The notes beneath the pieces were generated by a model. That model did no database searches, was not told where the DNA came from, and saw only the letters and a list, made by a program, of their open reading frames with translations. A program made the position numbers and the translations under genes. From Lama guanicoe (Eukaryota), in assembly GCA_013239625.1 (NCBI GenBank), contig MU054187.1, positions 18,282,711 to 18,346,710 of the forward strand: a DNA stretch of 64,000 nt, read 5' to 3'. This document shows positions 25,341-37,996 of the stretch, one piece after another. The first letter of the stretch is position 1; every line of letters begins with the position of its first letter.

Positions 25341-28300
25341 ACATAATATATAAAGTCAGCTAGCCCATTAAGTAAAAGTCATATGAATCGTATATTATAA
25401 GTTTTTTTTAATTTTGCACTTATAATGTCTTGCATTTTCCATTTCTGGAAGTCCCTGCTTTCATCGAGAATATGCTAGGTAATTGCGGTCTTATACCACC
25501 TTATGCAAAACTAAGACAGGAGTCATAGTCAGATTTCATTCTAAGATCCACGTGAAGGGGAAGTCAGGGCATACTTTCTGATGAAAAGCTATCTGTTAAC
25601 AGCAAAGGGAATAAAGAAACCAACATTCTTATCACCGATGACCAAAACATTGTTGATTCTAGAATTCACCCCACACATGCAGTAATCAGTCTGCAGAGGA
25701 AGTATGAGCTTTACTGAATTAAGAATGGATGTGAAGTATTTTTCTACTCTTCAGCCAAAAGATTCAACAGCAATGGGGAGAGACTTCAATCACTTGGGTA
25801 CCACATTCAGCCATTTCGGAGACACAGTTCAGAGAAAGTCATGGCAGCCCTCAAATGGCAGTGGCAAGCAGCTCAGGAGACGGCAGGGAGGGGACAGAAG
25901 AGCCGTTCTTCTGTGAGACCCCCTCAGCCAGAAGAACAGGCTCTTCCTTTTTGCACTCTGGCTGTATCTCATTTAAGTCCCAACCAATTTAGCTATCACC
26001 TAGGTTTGTGTATACTACTTGGTAGTATTTAGGGACTTAAGAGAAATATAATCCCTGAGCACCTGAATTAGGCTTGGTGATAAAATCCTGAAATGTAAAC
26101 AGAATAACGTGCTTCCATTACTCCTGGAAACCACTGTGTCATTTGGTCTCGCTGTAGGACTATAAGAATTTCTTTCATCTTTCCCCTTGATAAAAGAACA
26201 AGACCCCTGCATGATACAGCAGTATTCTCATTAAATTCAACAGGAGCTTGACCTGGAGTAAGGTGAGGTCCCAAGCTGGTACAATTTACTGCTCTTATTA
26301 CAGTTTTGATCACAAGGACGGATTCATGTCACCCAATTTCTTTTCCTCATCACAGTTACTTTGCCCAGAATCAGTGGAATTGAAAATTAAGAGGCTCATA
26401 TGTTTCTGTAAAAGCCCGTGATGGGTTGTATAACTTTGACCTTCTTAAATGTCCCTTTATTTGATTTGATCTCTCTTCCTACAGAAACGGTATGTTGCTT
26501 TGGCTGATCAAAATAGTAATCTTTCAAACTCCCCCCTAACCCAAGTTATTATAGTTTAAGAGACCATAATTTTTGTCAGGAGAGGTGAGTGGAATAAATG
26601 CAAACTGAATCTGTATTTGTGCCAATTAGCATTACATCATCATAGCAGAAATATCTAGAACATTACCTCATATCAGTGATCTTCTGGGATGTTAAAATAG
26701 ATCTTTAAAAATCTGAAATGTCTTTTTCATTTAAATGTTGAATCCTCAATTACATATTCATCAACCAGAAGGTTTTTTTTTTTTTTGGAGGTCCAAATGG
26801 AAGCCAATGTAGCATGCAGATGTTTTAAATAAAATCGTTTTAGTCTATTTCATCTTTCAAGAAGAAAATCACAGTGGTGAAGCTCCCAGAAGTACTGCTA
26901 AACAGGATGACAGATGACTCAGAAAATATGTGACTTCGGGCTCTACGACCCCAAAGCAATCAGATTACCAAACACAGTCCATACACATATACCCCAATAA
27001 CATACAGCATGGTCAAAATAAGTTAAAATGAGCACCAGGAGCTTGCTTTATGACATGGAGAAAGGAGGCACCAAAAAACGAGCTTAAAGGTAACTAATTC
27101 CCATCTACGTAAAGAGTTAGATAATAGGAGGGAGAGAGAGGGGAGAACTGAATTAGGAGATCAGTGGTGGAGTGTGGGTTCAGTTGTAATGACTGTGAGT
27201 GTAAGTCTCCCATCTTTAGAACCAATTTGCAGAGTACCCTGTTTCTCCCATTGTTTGTCACTTAAATCCTGGCACCAGCATCAAGATCCACAGCTATTGC
27301 TCCCAATTTACCAGGTCCTAAAGCTTCCTCTATCTGGAAATGACAGTCCCCAAAGAAAGAGGTACATTTAATTCACAGTTTATATAAATTGGAAAGCTTC
27401 AAGTAAAGACATGTTGTCAGTGAAATCTCTTAGAAACCAATGCAAATCTACTTGCTGTAAAACCAGTGTCAGGGACCTAAAAATCCTGCCTTCTGTATAT
27501 CACCTAACTTTGTCCTTTACTTTCTGCCCAGAGATCTTTCAGAAGAAGAAATTTAGGTTGAATTCACATCAAGTATTTTGGGACTTGCCAAGAAAACCTC
27601 CCTGCTGGACTGAAATGGTCACGGGGAAAACATGAGAAAGGGAGGGAGGAAAAGGGATATGCTAACAGGTCCTGAACATCCTTCATCAGAGTCCCCAAAA
27701 CACAAGTCCACAGCCAGGCATCCAGTGTCCTGAATGACTGTGTTCTTACAGTTGTTAAGAACACCGCTGTGTTGGGACACAGACCAGCAGTCCATTCCAA
27801 GATTATGAGATACTTCTCCCAAGGTAGCGTATTAGTGACATTTCCAGAGCATTCCTGAACTGTCTTTCACACGTTAACAGGAAGTCTTAATACATATCAC
27901 TGCTGTTTTACACTCCGCATTAGCCAGAACTGAGGAGTCAAATAAAATTTTTCCCAGGATGAATAAACAGAAGATATTTTTATAATATTACTGATTCCAA
28001 ATCAAATAACCAAATAAGGATGAGACCTCACACTGATGACAGTGATTCCCACACAAGCCAAGTGAAGTTGAACATTGAGCATTTTTAAACTGCTTGTTTT
28101 TAATTATTTGGCCCTTTCGAAAACTATGGAGTATATTGTCATGAATAATTATTAACATTATTAATATGATGATTTATATGAATAACATTCTTAATTATTT
28201 TCTTGTTGAAACAGTATGTATAAAACTATGCATTTGAAAGCTTGAACAAAATACTTAGATTCGTGATATAGATTTAGAAGAATGGGAAAATATGTGTGGG

Positions 28301-28949
28301 CGTGTCCATTTCATATTTTACCAAGTAAACAAAATCTCTGCTGTGTTAATCTATCCCAGGATCTAACCTGATAATTAAATCTCTGGTACCCATTGTATCG
28401 TTCTCCCCAGCTCCTCTTTGTTCCTCGAAGGAACTGTACAATCTCCAGATTCACACACACAGGGAAAAGAAAAAATAAAAAATAAAGAAAATGTAGGCCG
28501 TTGCCTGCCAAAACATATCCTTCTTAAAATATCCAAACAACTGATGCAAAAGTATTTTTTCCTGAAAATACCCAGATAATGACTGCTTTCCCCCTTTACC
28601 TCATTAGCTGTATTATGAGTGTATTAGGATGTATTTATTCATATAATAAGGATATATATTAAGAATCTCTTTTGAGAAACTCTTTCTGAGTTTTCCAGCC
28701 ATCTCTGCACCAAGGAAAATCCATAAGTAAAAAGACATTCCACTTTCTATAAACCTCTACACTTATCTGTAGCCGTGTAGTCAATAACTCATATGAGGGA
28801 GTTAATTGAAGAACAAATGCCAAAGGAAAATGGGGGGAAAAAGTCTTGGACTGATTATTAAAAATCAGTAATAATATGTCTTATTTTCTTGTTAGAAACA
28901 ATATGTAGACAGTGCAGGTGTGTTAATACATCTGAGCTAGTTGTTGGGG

Positions 28950-29190
28950 AAGTGTTAAGAGCAAAGCATTTAGAGTCAGACAGACCTACATTCAAATTAA
29001 ACTCCAAGCTTTATTATCTACCACACATTGGGCAAGCTACACCGCTTCTCTGAGTCTTTTAATTTCATCTGTAAATCTGAATTGATTATACTACTGCTCA
29101 TAGTATTGATGAGATGATCAAATGAGAAGACACGTGCAAATAGCATCATGCCTGGTACGTTATGTGCTCAGGGAGTAACAGCTGTTACCA
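28950..29190 (+). mobile_element. MIR SINE
   Basis: GAGTCAGACAGACCT...TTGGGCAAG...TCATCTGTAAA. Confidence 0.75.
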
Positions 29191-30630
29191 CTATTCATCG
29201 TTCACTGTAGGCATTCAGAAGACTGGAAAAGCTTTCAGTGTCCAGATGCCACTAGGTTAAGTGGATATTGCTATAAATCATTATACTTCATGTGGGTTGA
29301 AATTTAAATGAATTTACTAGAGAAATAGGCTTACTTTCAAACATTAATAGCTAATAGCAAATGCAACCAGCTATGAAAAAAAATTATATGGAATTAGCTA
29401 TCTCCTCCCACATCTTTACAAACGTGCGTACTCTGCTTGGCGTTCGGGTACAGTGAAGAGATTAAGATATGTTGATTTCTGAAAACCAATGAAGAAAATG
29501 ATCATCAACCCAAAGTATGAAATACCAATAGTGAAATCTTCTTAGCATGTTTCTAATAGCTTTTGCATTCGCTTGGGATTTGTTTTATTGTAAATAAAGA
29601 TAGTTTATCCAAATTATATATATTTCAGATCCTCATCCCTTGCTCTATCTTCTGCAAGGCCAACTCATCCTATTAGACTCAGTTTTAGTGACACTTCTGG
29701 AAAGCTTCCCTTGGCTACCCATCCACAAAGATCTCTCACTCTCTTCCTTCTGCCCTTGACTCCAAAGTTAGTTATTCTTTTCCATCAATTCATCTTTCAT
29801 AAAGTCTCTTGCATCTTCCCTTCCTCCTTCCTTCACACTACCATTTCCCAAAGCCATACCGCATTACCTGCTGAGCTTCATTCAGTTGTTTTTCAAGTGT
29901 CTCCTAGTGACGGGTCTTTCCTGCATAAGATGGCCAAGTCTAAGAAGAGACTTTGATCAGGTAACTCCACTTTCAAAACGTTCAGTGGCTCCCTATTGCT
30001 AGGATGGCTGTAATGGCCAGATTTTTGACAGTGAAAGGACATGTTATGAATAGGCTTAAACCAGAACCATGCAGGCAAACCAGAGCCAACCCATTGCCAA
30101 CTGCATGCTTGCAAGCTTTCTCACTTAAATATTCCTGAGGGTAGACTCACAACTAAGCTCTCAAGCTTAAATTTCTCTTAAGCTTACATGTTTAAAATTT
30201 TTGACATTCTAACATTCTTATAAAAAATCAGTGTTCGTTTTCATGTAAACACAATCTTTTAAATCACAACAACCTTTTCACATGAGCAAAAATCAAAGCA
30301 TCTTTCTCAAAATCCCAGAGCAAAATTGACCTCAAAGAGGACTTACTGTCAGGACCCAACTCCTAAAAATCCCATTGCAGTGTCATCTATGAGAATGATG
30401 AATGCTGTCTTCTGAAGCAGAGAGAACACCGTTCACGAAGACCATGCAGTGAATGATGCTCGCTGGAGCTGAGTCATCAGTCCTTCTGTGGACTCACTAC
30501 ACCTCCCATAAAAGCCTTCCCTATGGTGTCTTCAGTAGCCCATTTCCACATCAACAATAACACATATACTTTCTCTCTTCTTTGTTCTCCTCAACCCTAG
30601 TCAGTCTTAGGATCCTGGTCCATTTGCTTT

Positions 30631-30778
30631 GATTACCATATAAAATATAAGATATCCAGTTAAATTTGAATTTCAGAAAAGCAAGGAATGCTTTTTAGTA
30701 TGTCCCATCCCATTCAATATTTGGATTAAAACTTAACTAGGTATTCAATATTTTTATTGGCTAAATCTGGCAGCCCAG
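30631..30778. mobile_element. MER53-like palindromic DNA transposon remnant
   Basis: CCAGTTAAATTTGAATTTCAGA...AGTATGTCCCA...TTAACTAGG...GCTAAATCTGGCAGCCC. Confidence 0.75.
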
Positions 30779-31270
30779 GCTGTAAAGCCATTCCTGACCA
30801 CCCTCCTCTCAGCCCCAGGACTTTGAGGTTCTTCTCAGTTTCTAGTGCTAATTATCTGAGCCTCTATTTGACACTTACTCTATTCTGCATGTGTTTTTGT
30901 TGATTTTTATATCAATATACTTCGCTTCCTTGACTTGAAAACTCCTTGAGACTGAGGACACATCTATTGTATCTCTCTGTAATTCCATAATTCCTCACAG
31001 AAATTCTTGACCATAGGTGGTGATCATAAAAACTTGCTTATTGAGAGACATTTAAAACCAATGAACAAAATAGCCAATGACTTCTTAAGCAACTGCTTTC
31101 TGTTCCACTCAGAACTATGCTGTAAATCATTTCATAAGTGAGTTAAGATGCAACATTTGCCTTCAGAGAGCTTATAGTTTAGTAAACAAAAATTTCACAT
31201 CAAAAACCAGTATTGAATGGCCCAAAACAGTATATAATCAAGATCGTGCAGTACAGCCAACTAAGGACAA

Positions 31271-31892
31271 TAGGTTATTACAAGACACTGAATACTGCTC
31301 CTTGTGCTGTGCAGTAAATCCTGTTGCTTATCTATTTTATGTATAGTAGTTTGTATCTGTTAACCCCATACTCCTAATTTATCCCTGCCCCACCCCTTTC
31401 CCCTTTGGTAATGATAAGTTTGTTTTCTGTGTCTGTGAGTCTGTTTCTGTTTTGTATAGATTCATTTGTATTTTCTTTTAGATCCCACATATAAGTGATA
31501 ACATATATTTGTCTCTCTCTGTCTGACTTACTTCACTTAATATGATAATCTCCAGGTCCATCCATGTTGCTGCAAATAGCGATATTTCATTCTTTTTCAT
31601 GGCTGAGTAATATTCCATTGTGTATATACACCTCATCTTTTTAAACCAATCATCAGTTGATGGGCACTTCCATGTCTTGGCTATTGTAAATAGTGCTGCT
31701 ATGAACACTGAGGTGAATACATCTTTATGAAATTAGAGTTTTCATCTCTTCTGAGTGTATGCCCAAAAGTGGGATTTCCTGGATTAGATGGTATCTCTAA
31801 TTTTAGTTTTTTAAGGAATTTCCATACTGTCTTCCATAGTGGCTGCACCAGTTTACAGTCCCAACAACAGTGTAGGAGAGGTCTCTTTTCCA
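31271..31892 (-). mobile_element. LINE-1 3' fragment
   Basis: ORFs 31478..31708(-) MFIAALFTIAKTWK...AATWMDLEIIILSEVSQ and 31699..31893(-) are L1 ORF2 C-terminal sequence. Confidence 0.93.
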
Positions 31893-32374
31893 TGAGATCG
31901 AAAACCTTTTATGTTGCTTTTGGATTGTCCCTACCTAAAAATGTTGATGTCTTTAATGTGTGCTTCTAATGTGTCCTTAATTTTGCAAAATGTGCTGAAT
32001 GCCATATGGCATTCTCTTACCAAAAATGGTTCAAGCCTACAAAGCTTGCTGTTTAGGTTTTAATCAGTTCATAGAATTAAATGCATTGAACCACAAAATG
32101 CTTTCATGTGACAGATACTGTGATTCATGCTGAGCATCCATGTGAAGATCTGCTTGGACCTTTTTAAGCGACATAATTTTATTAACTAAATAGACACTTA
32201 AGACAAAGAAATATGGTTTCAGCCCTCTAAAATGCCAAACGCATCCAATAAAATCTCTCGGAATGGGTGCTGGCAGGACTGTGCTGGCACAAGGCAAATT
32301 GTGTTGCTTACGTTAAGTTTCCTTAAGCTAAACAGGGAAGGAGATTCTTCTAGAGAGACGCTCTGGATGTGTTA

Positions 32375-32427
32375 GTTTGAACCATATGCAATCTGACAAT
32401 ATGTGATCTTTGCATGTGGTTCAACTG
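32375..32427. mobile_element. MADE2-like MITE remnant
   Basis: TTGAACCATATGCAA ... TTGCATGTGGTTCAA 15-bp inverted repeat with one mismatch. Confidence 0.6.
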
Positions 32428-32674
32428 TGTGCAAGCATGTCCAGCCCTCATGACACATTGACCCTCATCCTAAAGGTAGAGCCAGAAGAAGTTCTCTTAA
32501 GACAGAATGATTTAGTACATTTTATCCAGAGGCCACAGCTTAGTCACTGGCCATAATTGACTTTGGCCTCTGTGGGCCAGTTTCTTTCACAAATGGGAAG
32601 ACAGTTGACTGAATGATGTCTTAGAACCTTCCCAACCTGACTTTTTGTAGTTCTTAAGCATCCAGGTGTTGAAT

Positions 32675-32691
32675 CCGCCCCCTACTGGCCA
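32675..32691 (-). promoter_or_regulatory. CTCF-like motif
   Basis: Reverse complement TGGCCAGTAGGGGGCGG is a near-consensus CTCF core, CpG retained. Confidence 0.7.
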
Positions 32692-33705
32692 ACTGAAGAC
32701 GCCCCTGGCAACAATGCCCCAACAACCTAGGGATGCCAGTCTTCCCTATGTACTCCTCTCCCCTGGTCACATAATGATCAGAAGACCCTGTCAAGAGGCA
32801 CCTGCTCCCCGTGAGATCTGATGTGTTAGGACAGCACCATCTGTTTGTACTTTCTCACAAGTTAGTGCACAGTATCTCTATTATTTTTCTTCCATTTTCC
32901 TTAATTTATTAATCTCACTAATTAAATAATCAACAAAGGTGAGAGGACCCCACCTCCTTATCCCCATCTGGTGATGTCCAACCGGGATAACGGGCCGTCC
33001 AAGGTGGCCTGGGCAGGAGGCCTCTTGAAGGAGAAAGGGGGAAATGGAGTGGGGGTTGGGAGGCGGGGGCGAGCGAGGGAGGGAGGAGATCATCGTCTGA
33101 ACTCCTGCAGGCGCTTGGCATCCAAACTGTGTGCGCAGAGAGGAAGGGAGATCTCTACCAGATCTCAGCTCCAGGTTTCTGGCTTGTGTGGGAAGAGGGA
33201 GGTATCAGGAAGTGTGCAATGTTGGTCCCTGGGGGATGCACCTGCTTACTAATTGTCTCCATGAGCGCTCCGCATCTTCCCAAATGAGTCTGTGGCGATT
33301 CAGGCTCAAACAAAGGACACATCCTGAATCTGACTTATTTACAACAGCCCTGCATGCACGCAGACTGGAATGGACTATCTCGGTGCCCATTTTGTCTGTT
33401 CCTGCTTCCTCCGTACCTTTCCTGCTTCTCCCTCCTGCCCTGCTGGATCTCAGTTGCCTCTACCTTCCTTTCCTCCTCTAGCTCCCTTTCTCTCACCTGC
33501 AGTAACGTGTTTTATGTTCTGTGTAATAAGGAATATGCGCCTTGGGGTTCTGTTTCCACCTTTTGTTTGTTGACATTTTTTGAAAGAGAGCAATTCCCTG
33601 GCATTTCTCATTCTCCAGGAGAATGCACACATTATTCGGATTAAAAGAAGAGCTCAGAGGAAATCCAGAAAACGAACGATGCTAATCTTGGGCCTTGTCT
33701 TTCAG

Positions 33706-33801
33706 CCTACAAGGAAAAAATGAAGGAGCTGTCCATGCTGTCACTGATCTGCTCTTGCTTCTACCCGGAACCTCGCAACATGAACATCTACACTTACGAT
33801 G
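33706..33801 (+). CDS. STMN2: Stathmin-2 exon 2 (AYKEKMKELSMLSLICSCFYPEPRNMNIYTYD; membrane-targeting domain with Cys22/Cys24)
   Basis: Acceptor ccttgtctttcag ending 33705, branch-like GCTAAT at 33681, donor GTGAG at 33802; 96 nt; translated by hand (not in the ORF track). Confidence 0.98.
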
Positions 33802-35659
33802 GTGAGTTGCCTACAGCAGAAACGCCCCTGCTGGATGCATTTGTTTCCCTCTGACAGCTCCTGGTAGAATGAGATCAAGATTTGGTAGATCTTACTGTTG
33901 ACTTGCCAGGTCTAGCTGCTAGGACTTACTGATTGCCTGTTGCTCAAAGCAGTATGAGCTTGATGCTAATAACAGCACCATTGATGTGTCTTAAGAAATA
34001 AAGCGAGTTGCTATCAGGTGCTACATCTAGCATTTCAACATCCAAAATACATCAGAGGCTTTTCCTTACAAATAACATAATACACTAGGCTGTAATTAGA
34101 GCAGATCACAGTTTACAAGAAAATGCTGTATACTTTGAAAACTCAGGAGAGAAAATCAGCCACCAGCAGTTTTTGCTTTAGTATAATGGTCTTTCTAAAG
34201 TCCCCATATTTTGTGTATATGTCAACAACCTAACAAGTTCCAATAATAAAACTGACTTATAACCGAAGCCCCAGATAAAGTGGATTCTTTTTTAAATCCT
34301 GAAGAGTTGTCAAGGCTGTGAAGTTTATTTTGCAGCAAAACCCTTTGGGTTTGATTTAGCTAGATTCATTCTACTTAGTTTGATTTCCTTCCTGGCTCTG
34401 CTGCTATCCACATGACCCTGGGCAAGTAACTGAGATTCTTTGAGCTCCATTTAAGTCTAGTGTCTTCCTCCCAGTGTTGCTGTGGGGTTTCAGTGGCTTA
34501 ATGCAGGTTTTTGGGGCTTAAATGGTTTCATGTTTAGCCCAGAGCCTGGCCTCTTGTAAGCACTCAAAATGCTAGCTGTCACTAGCAATAATACCATCTT
34601 CACTTAACTCAGTCCATTTAATCAAAACGTTTGGTGCAGTTCTATGTGCTGCAGTTCTATGTGCCTTAGACGAAGCTGAGGCATGTTTGGCTACCTGTTT
34701 GGCTCACGATGATTTTTCTTTCCCATACGTATAAAGAAATACATTAAAGATAAAGTGAAGGAGTCCATGGCAATTAACCCCTTTTGTGCCTTTAAAATAT
34801 TCCCAGACTCAATGGCATTTTTCTTCCAAAATTATTCTATCATGGCACAAGCATCATAAATATGAACTGATTATTTCACAAGGAAATGTCTTTCATGCCT
34901 AAAGGTTTCAGTTTCCAGCCAAAAGTCTCATTAGAATACAGGCCCAATGCCTACTTTGTGTAAGTTCATTCAGTCAACAAATACAATAGGCTGATCCCGA
35001 ATCTGCTGGGAGTTGCTGTGACCAGTAACCAGCTCTCTTTCTCCTGAGACTCTAATATCTCATTATGTGTTGTCACTGAGGCTCTGAGGATGAAGACGGC
35101 TCTGGCCTCTTCCAGGCACTTGCGGCCCAACATATGTATAACCAGTAGGTGGAACCCAGTGTGGTTACGTGCTGAGACAGACGTTATACATGTTTACTGG
35201 GAAGACCCAGAAGACAGTGATGGTTTCTGCCCACTTAGGGATTGAAGAGGCGAAAACAAAAATCTGAAGTTATATGTTTATATATAAGCTGAGTCTTAGA
35301 AGTTAACTAGATAATTCAACATTGCTTGTGCACCGCTTCCAAAAAGAATTGGTAGACAACTTCAAATTCCCAAAGTCTTTAACTTTGCCTTGTGTTTCTA
35401 TATTAGCTAATAATCTGAAGTATTTATTGCAGATAAGTGTTATAACAAGAATTAATAATAATAACTATTATTATTATTGTCTACATTTATAAACACTAAG
35501 TGCTTGGCTTGTGCTTTATATTTAGTAACCTTTATACCTTTCCTTTTGAATCTCTTTACAATTTAATTTCTTGACAGCTGTATTGAGGGAAACTGACATA
35601 CAAAACACTGCACATATTTCACATATATAATTTGATTAATTTGGACCAGTATCCTTTAT

Positions 35660-35830
35660 CTGTTAATCTTCACAACAGTCTCATGAGAAAGGTGCCTTTT
35701 TATCTCCAAAGTTTAGGTGAGGAAATGAAAGCTTAAAGAAGTGAATTACCTCCCCCAGGATCACACAGCTAGGAAGAGGCACTATGTGGATGCAGATCCA
35801 GGCAGTTCTGATCCCAGAGTCTCTAACTCA
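35660..35830 (-). mobile_element. MIR SINE
   Basis: AATCTTCACAAC...GGTGAGGAAATGAAAGCTTAAAGAAG...CAGGATCACACAGCTAG. Confidence 0.7.
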
Positions 35831-36190
35831 GTCCCTTTAGGAATTTCACCACCTTATCAAATCAGTTGTTTTGATTTGCCCATGTTCTCTTGAAATCCTT
35901 TTCCATCCATTTATAATTTTTATAGAATTGTATTTAAGATACAAGTATAAACTTGGATGCCTTCAGGAAATTTTTTAACATTTTTACATTTGTGAAAAAA
36001 AAATGTCTCTTTTAAGAAACTTATTGAATTGATTTTGTCTATCTGATCTGTTGGCATTCAAGGATCTAAATAAAGCCAGTTGTTGTTCACCTGGGGTTTT
36101 ATCTGACCACAGTCTCAAAATGAACTAACCAGGCTGCTAAAAGAACATTAATGGAAGCTAATATTTGCATCAAGAGAAGTAATATTTCAA

Positions 36191-36288
36191 GGTGGGGGGA
36201 ATAGGTCAGTGGTAGAGTGTGTGCTTGGTGTGCACAAGGTCTTGGGTTCAATCCCCAGTACCTCTATTAAAGGGGGAAAAAAAGAAAA
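36191..36288 (+). mobile_element. Short tRNA-derived SINE (same family, no tail module)
   Basis: A/B boxes; flanked by AGAAGTAATATTTC and AGAAGTGATATTTC. Confidence 0.85.
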
Positions 36289-37719
36289 CAGAAGTGATAT
36301 TTCTTCTCTGCTCTGCTCTAGTCAGAACTCACCTGGAGACCTGGCCAGCCTGGTTGCCACAATTTTCATGGGACATGAATAAATCAGCGAGCACTATGAG
36401 GTTGGGGAGTGGTGCAGTGGTAAAGATCTCCAAGCAGCGCCACCTGAGGGCACTGTGGATGTTTTAGCCTTAGGGAAAGATTTGAAATGGAAAAATCATA
36501 ACTGTTTTCAAAGACTTGAAAGATGGCTGTGCACAACAGAGACTGGCCTGACCCTGGATTGGTTCAGAGGACAAGACAAGGACCAGGGGGCTGAAATGAG
36601 AGAAGTGCAATCTGGGGCTCAAAATAAAAAATACTCATCTAAAAACGAGAGCTGTCCAATGAGCTTTTAAGCATCGTTACATTTTATGAAGCTATAAGTT
36701 GTGTAATTACACGAATGTCCCAGTAGATGCAACCTCTCACTCTAATTTATATTATCGATCATATTCTTTAACATTACAAATCATATGATGCATTTATTTT
36801 TTAGTTTTTTTCATTTCTTTATTATGCAAATTATGCAGTTATTGATTTTAAATGGCTTTTACATGTACTACAGAATGGATAAATTAGATAAGCAGGTGTC
36901 GCCCCCTCCCTCCTCCACCACAGTGCCTCTTCCCCGGCTCCTGTCTACAGCTGAGTGATGCTGAAAGAGGACCTTCTAAGTAGCAACCAAACAGGAGCAA
37001 AGATATTATAGTGGGATCCTGTCTTATTGTCCTCATTAGACTATAAGCACCTTGAAGACAGGGAGACCCATCACCGTGTCCTCCCCAGGGTGGGCACTGT
37101 CCTGCTTGAAGACTCAGACCAACAAACACACTGGAGGGCAAAATAGGGACTGGCAGGAGGCTTTGCACATCAGCCTTGACTGGGCCAAATATTTCCAACC
37201 ATTCAGGAGTTACGTCGGTTCTAACACAGCAACTTGACTTCCGGCCACAGGATTATATAAGAGAACTGGAGGAACCTCATTGTTTTCCTCGTTATTTAGT
37301 CTGAAAATGCCTCCAGCCATGGTCATTCTCCCCCAAAAATAAATTAAATAAATAAATATAAATCTGTGCTACTTGATTTTCCTCTGAGACTCATACTTAT
37401 TCAAAACGATAGTAAAGTTCAGTTTAAAATCAATCCAGGCTCTTTTTTCCTGAGTGTATCCATCATTATTCAACCGCCAATAGACATTGTTGAATTTCCC
37501 AACTCTGTAAATATGTATTCATTTAAAATATAGCCATAATTGTACTAAAGAAAGAAGTCTATGTGTTCAGAAAAACATAGAGTAAATGATCACATGGAGC
37601 TTTTTGTTTTTTATTTGTCAGAATAACAAGGCTACTTTTAATTGCCAGAATTCAAATTATTTGAGTAAACCCACACTTGTTCTCGGTCTGCTTAACATTC
37701 TCAAATGTTCATCTCTCAG

Positions 37720-37892
37720 ATATGGAAGTGAAGCAAATCAACAAACGTGCCTCCGGCCAGGCTTTTGAGCTGATCTTAAAGCCACCATCTCCCATCTCAG
37801 AAGCCCCACGGACTTTAGCTTCTCCCAAGAAGAAAGATCTGTCCCTGGAGGAGATCCAGAAAAAACTGGAGGCTGCAGAGGAAAGAAGAAAG
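37720..37892 (+). CDS. STMN2: Stathmin-2 exon 3 ([58 protein letters not shown])
   Basis: Stathmin family sequence inside ORF 37677..37916; acceptor atctctcag, donor GTAAC at 37893; 173 nt; contains the SP phosphorylation motifs. Confidence 0.99.
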
Positions 37893-37975
37893 GTAACTTT
37901 TCCCATGGGTTTTTAAATACTGCTTTCCGCTCGCTCCCTTTCCCCACCCCACCTAGCCCCTCGCCAGCACACGCT

Positions 37976-37996
37976 CACACACACACACACACACAC
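37976..37996 (+). repeat. (CA)10 microsatellite 84 nt into intron 3
   Basis: Read directly; preceded by CACACGCT. Confidence 0.95.
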
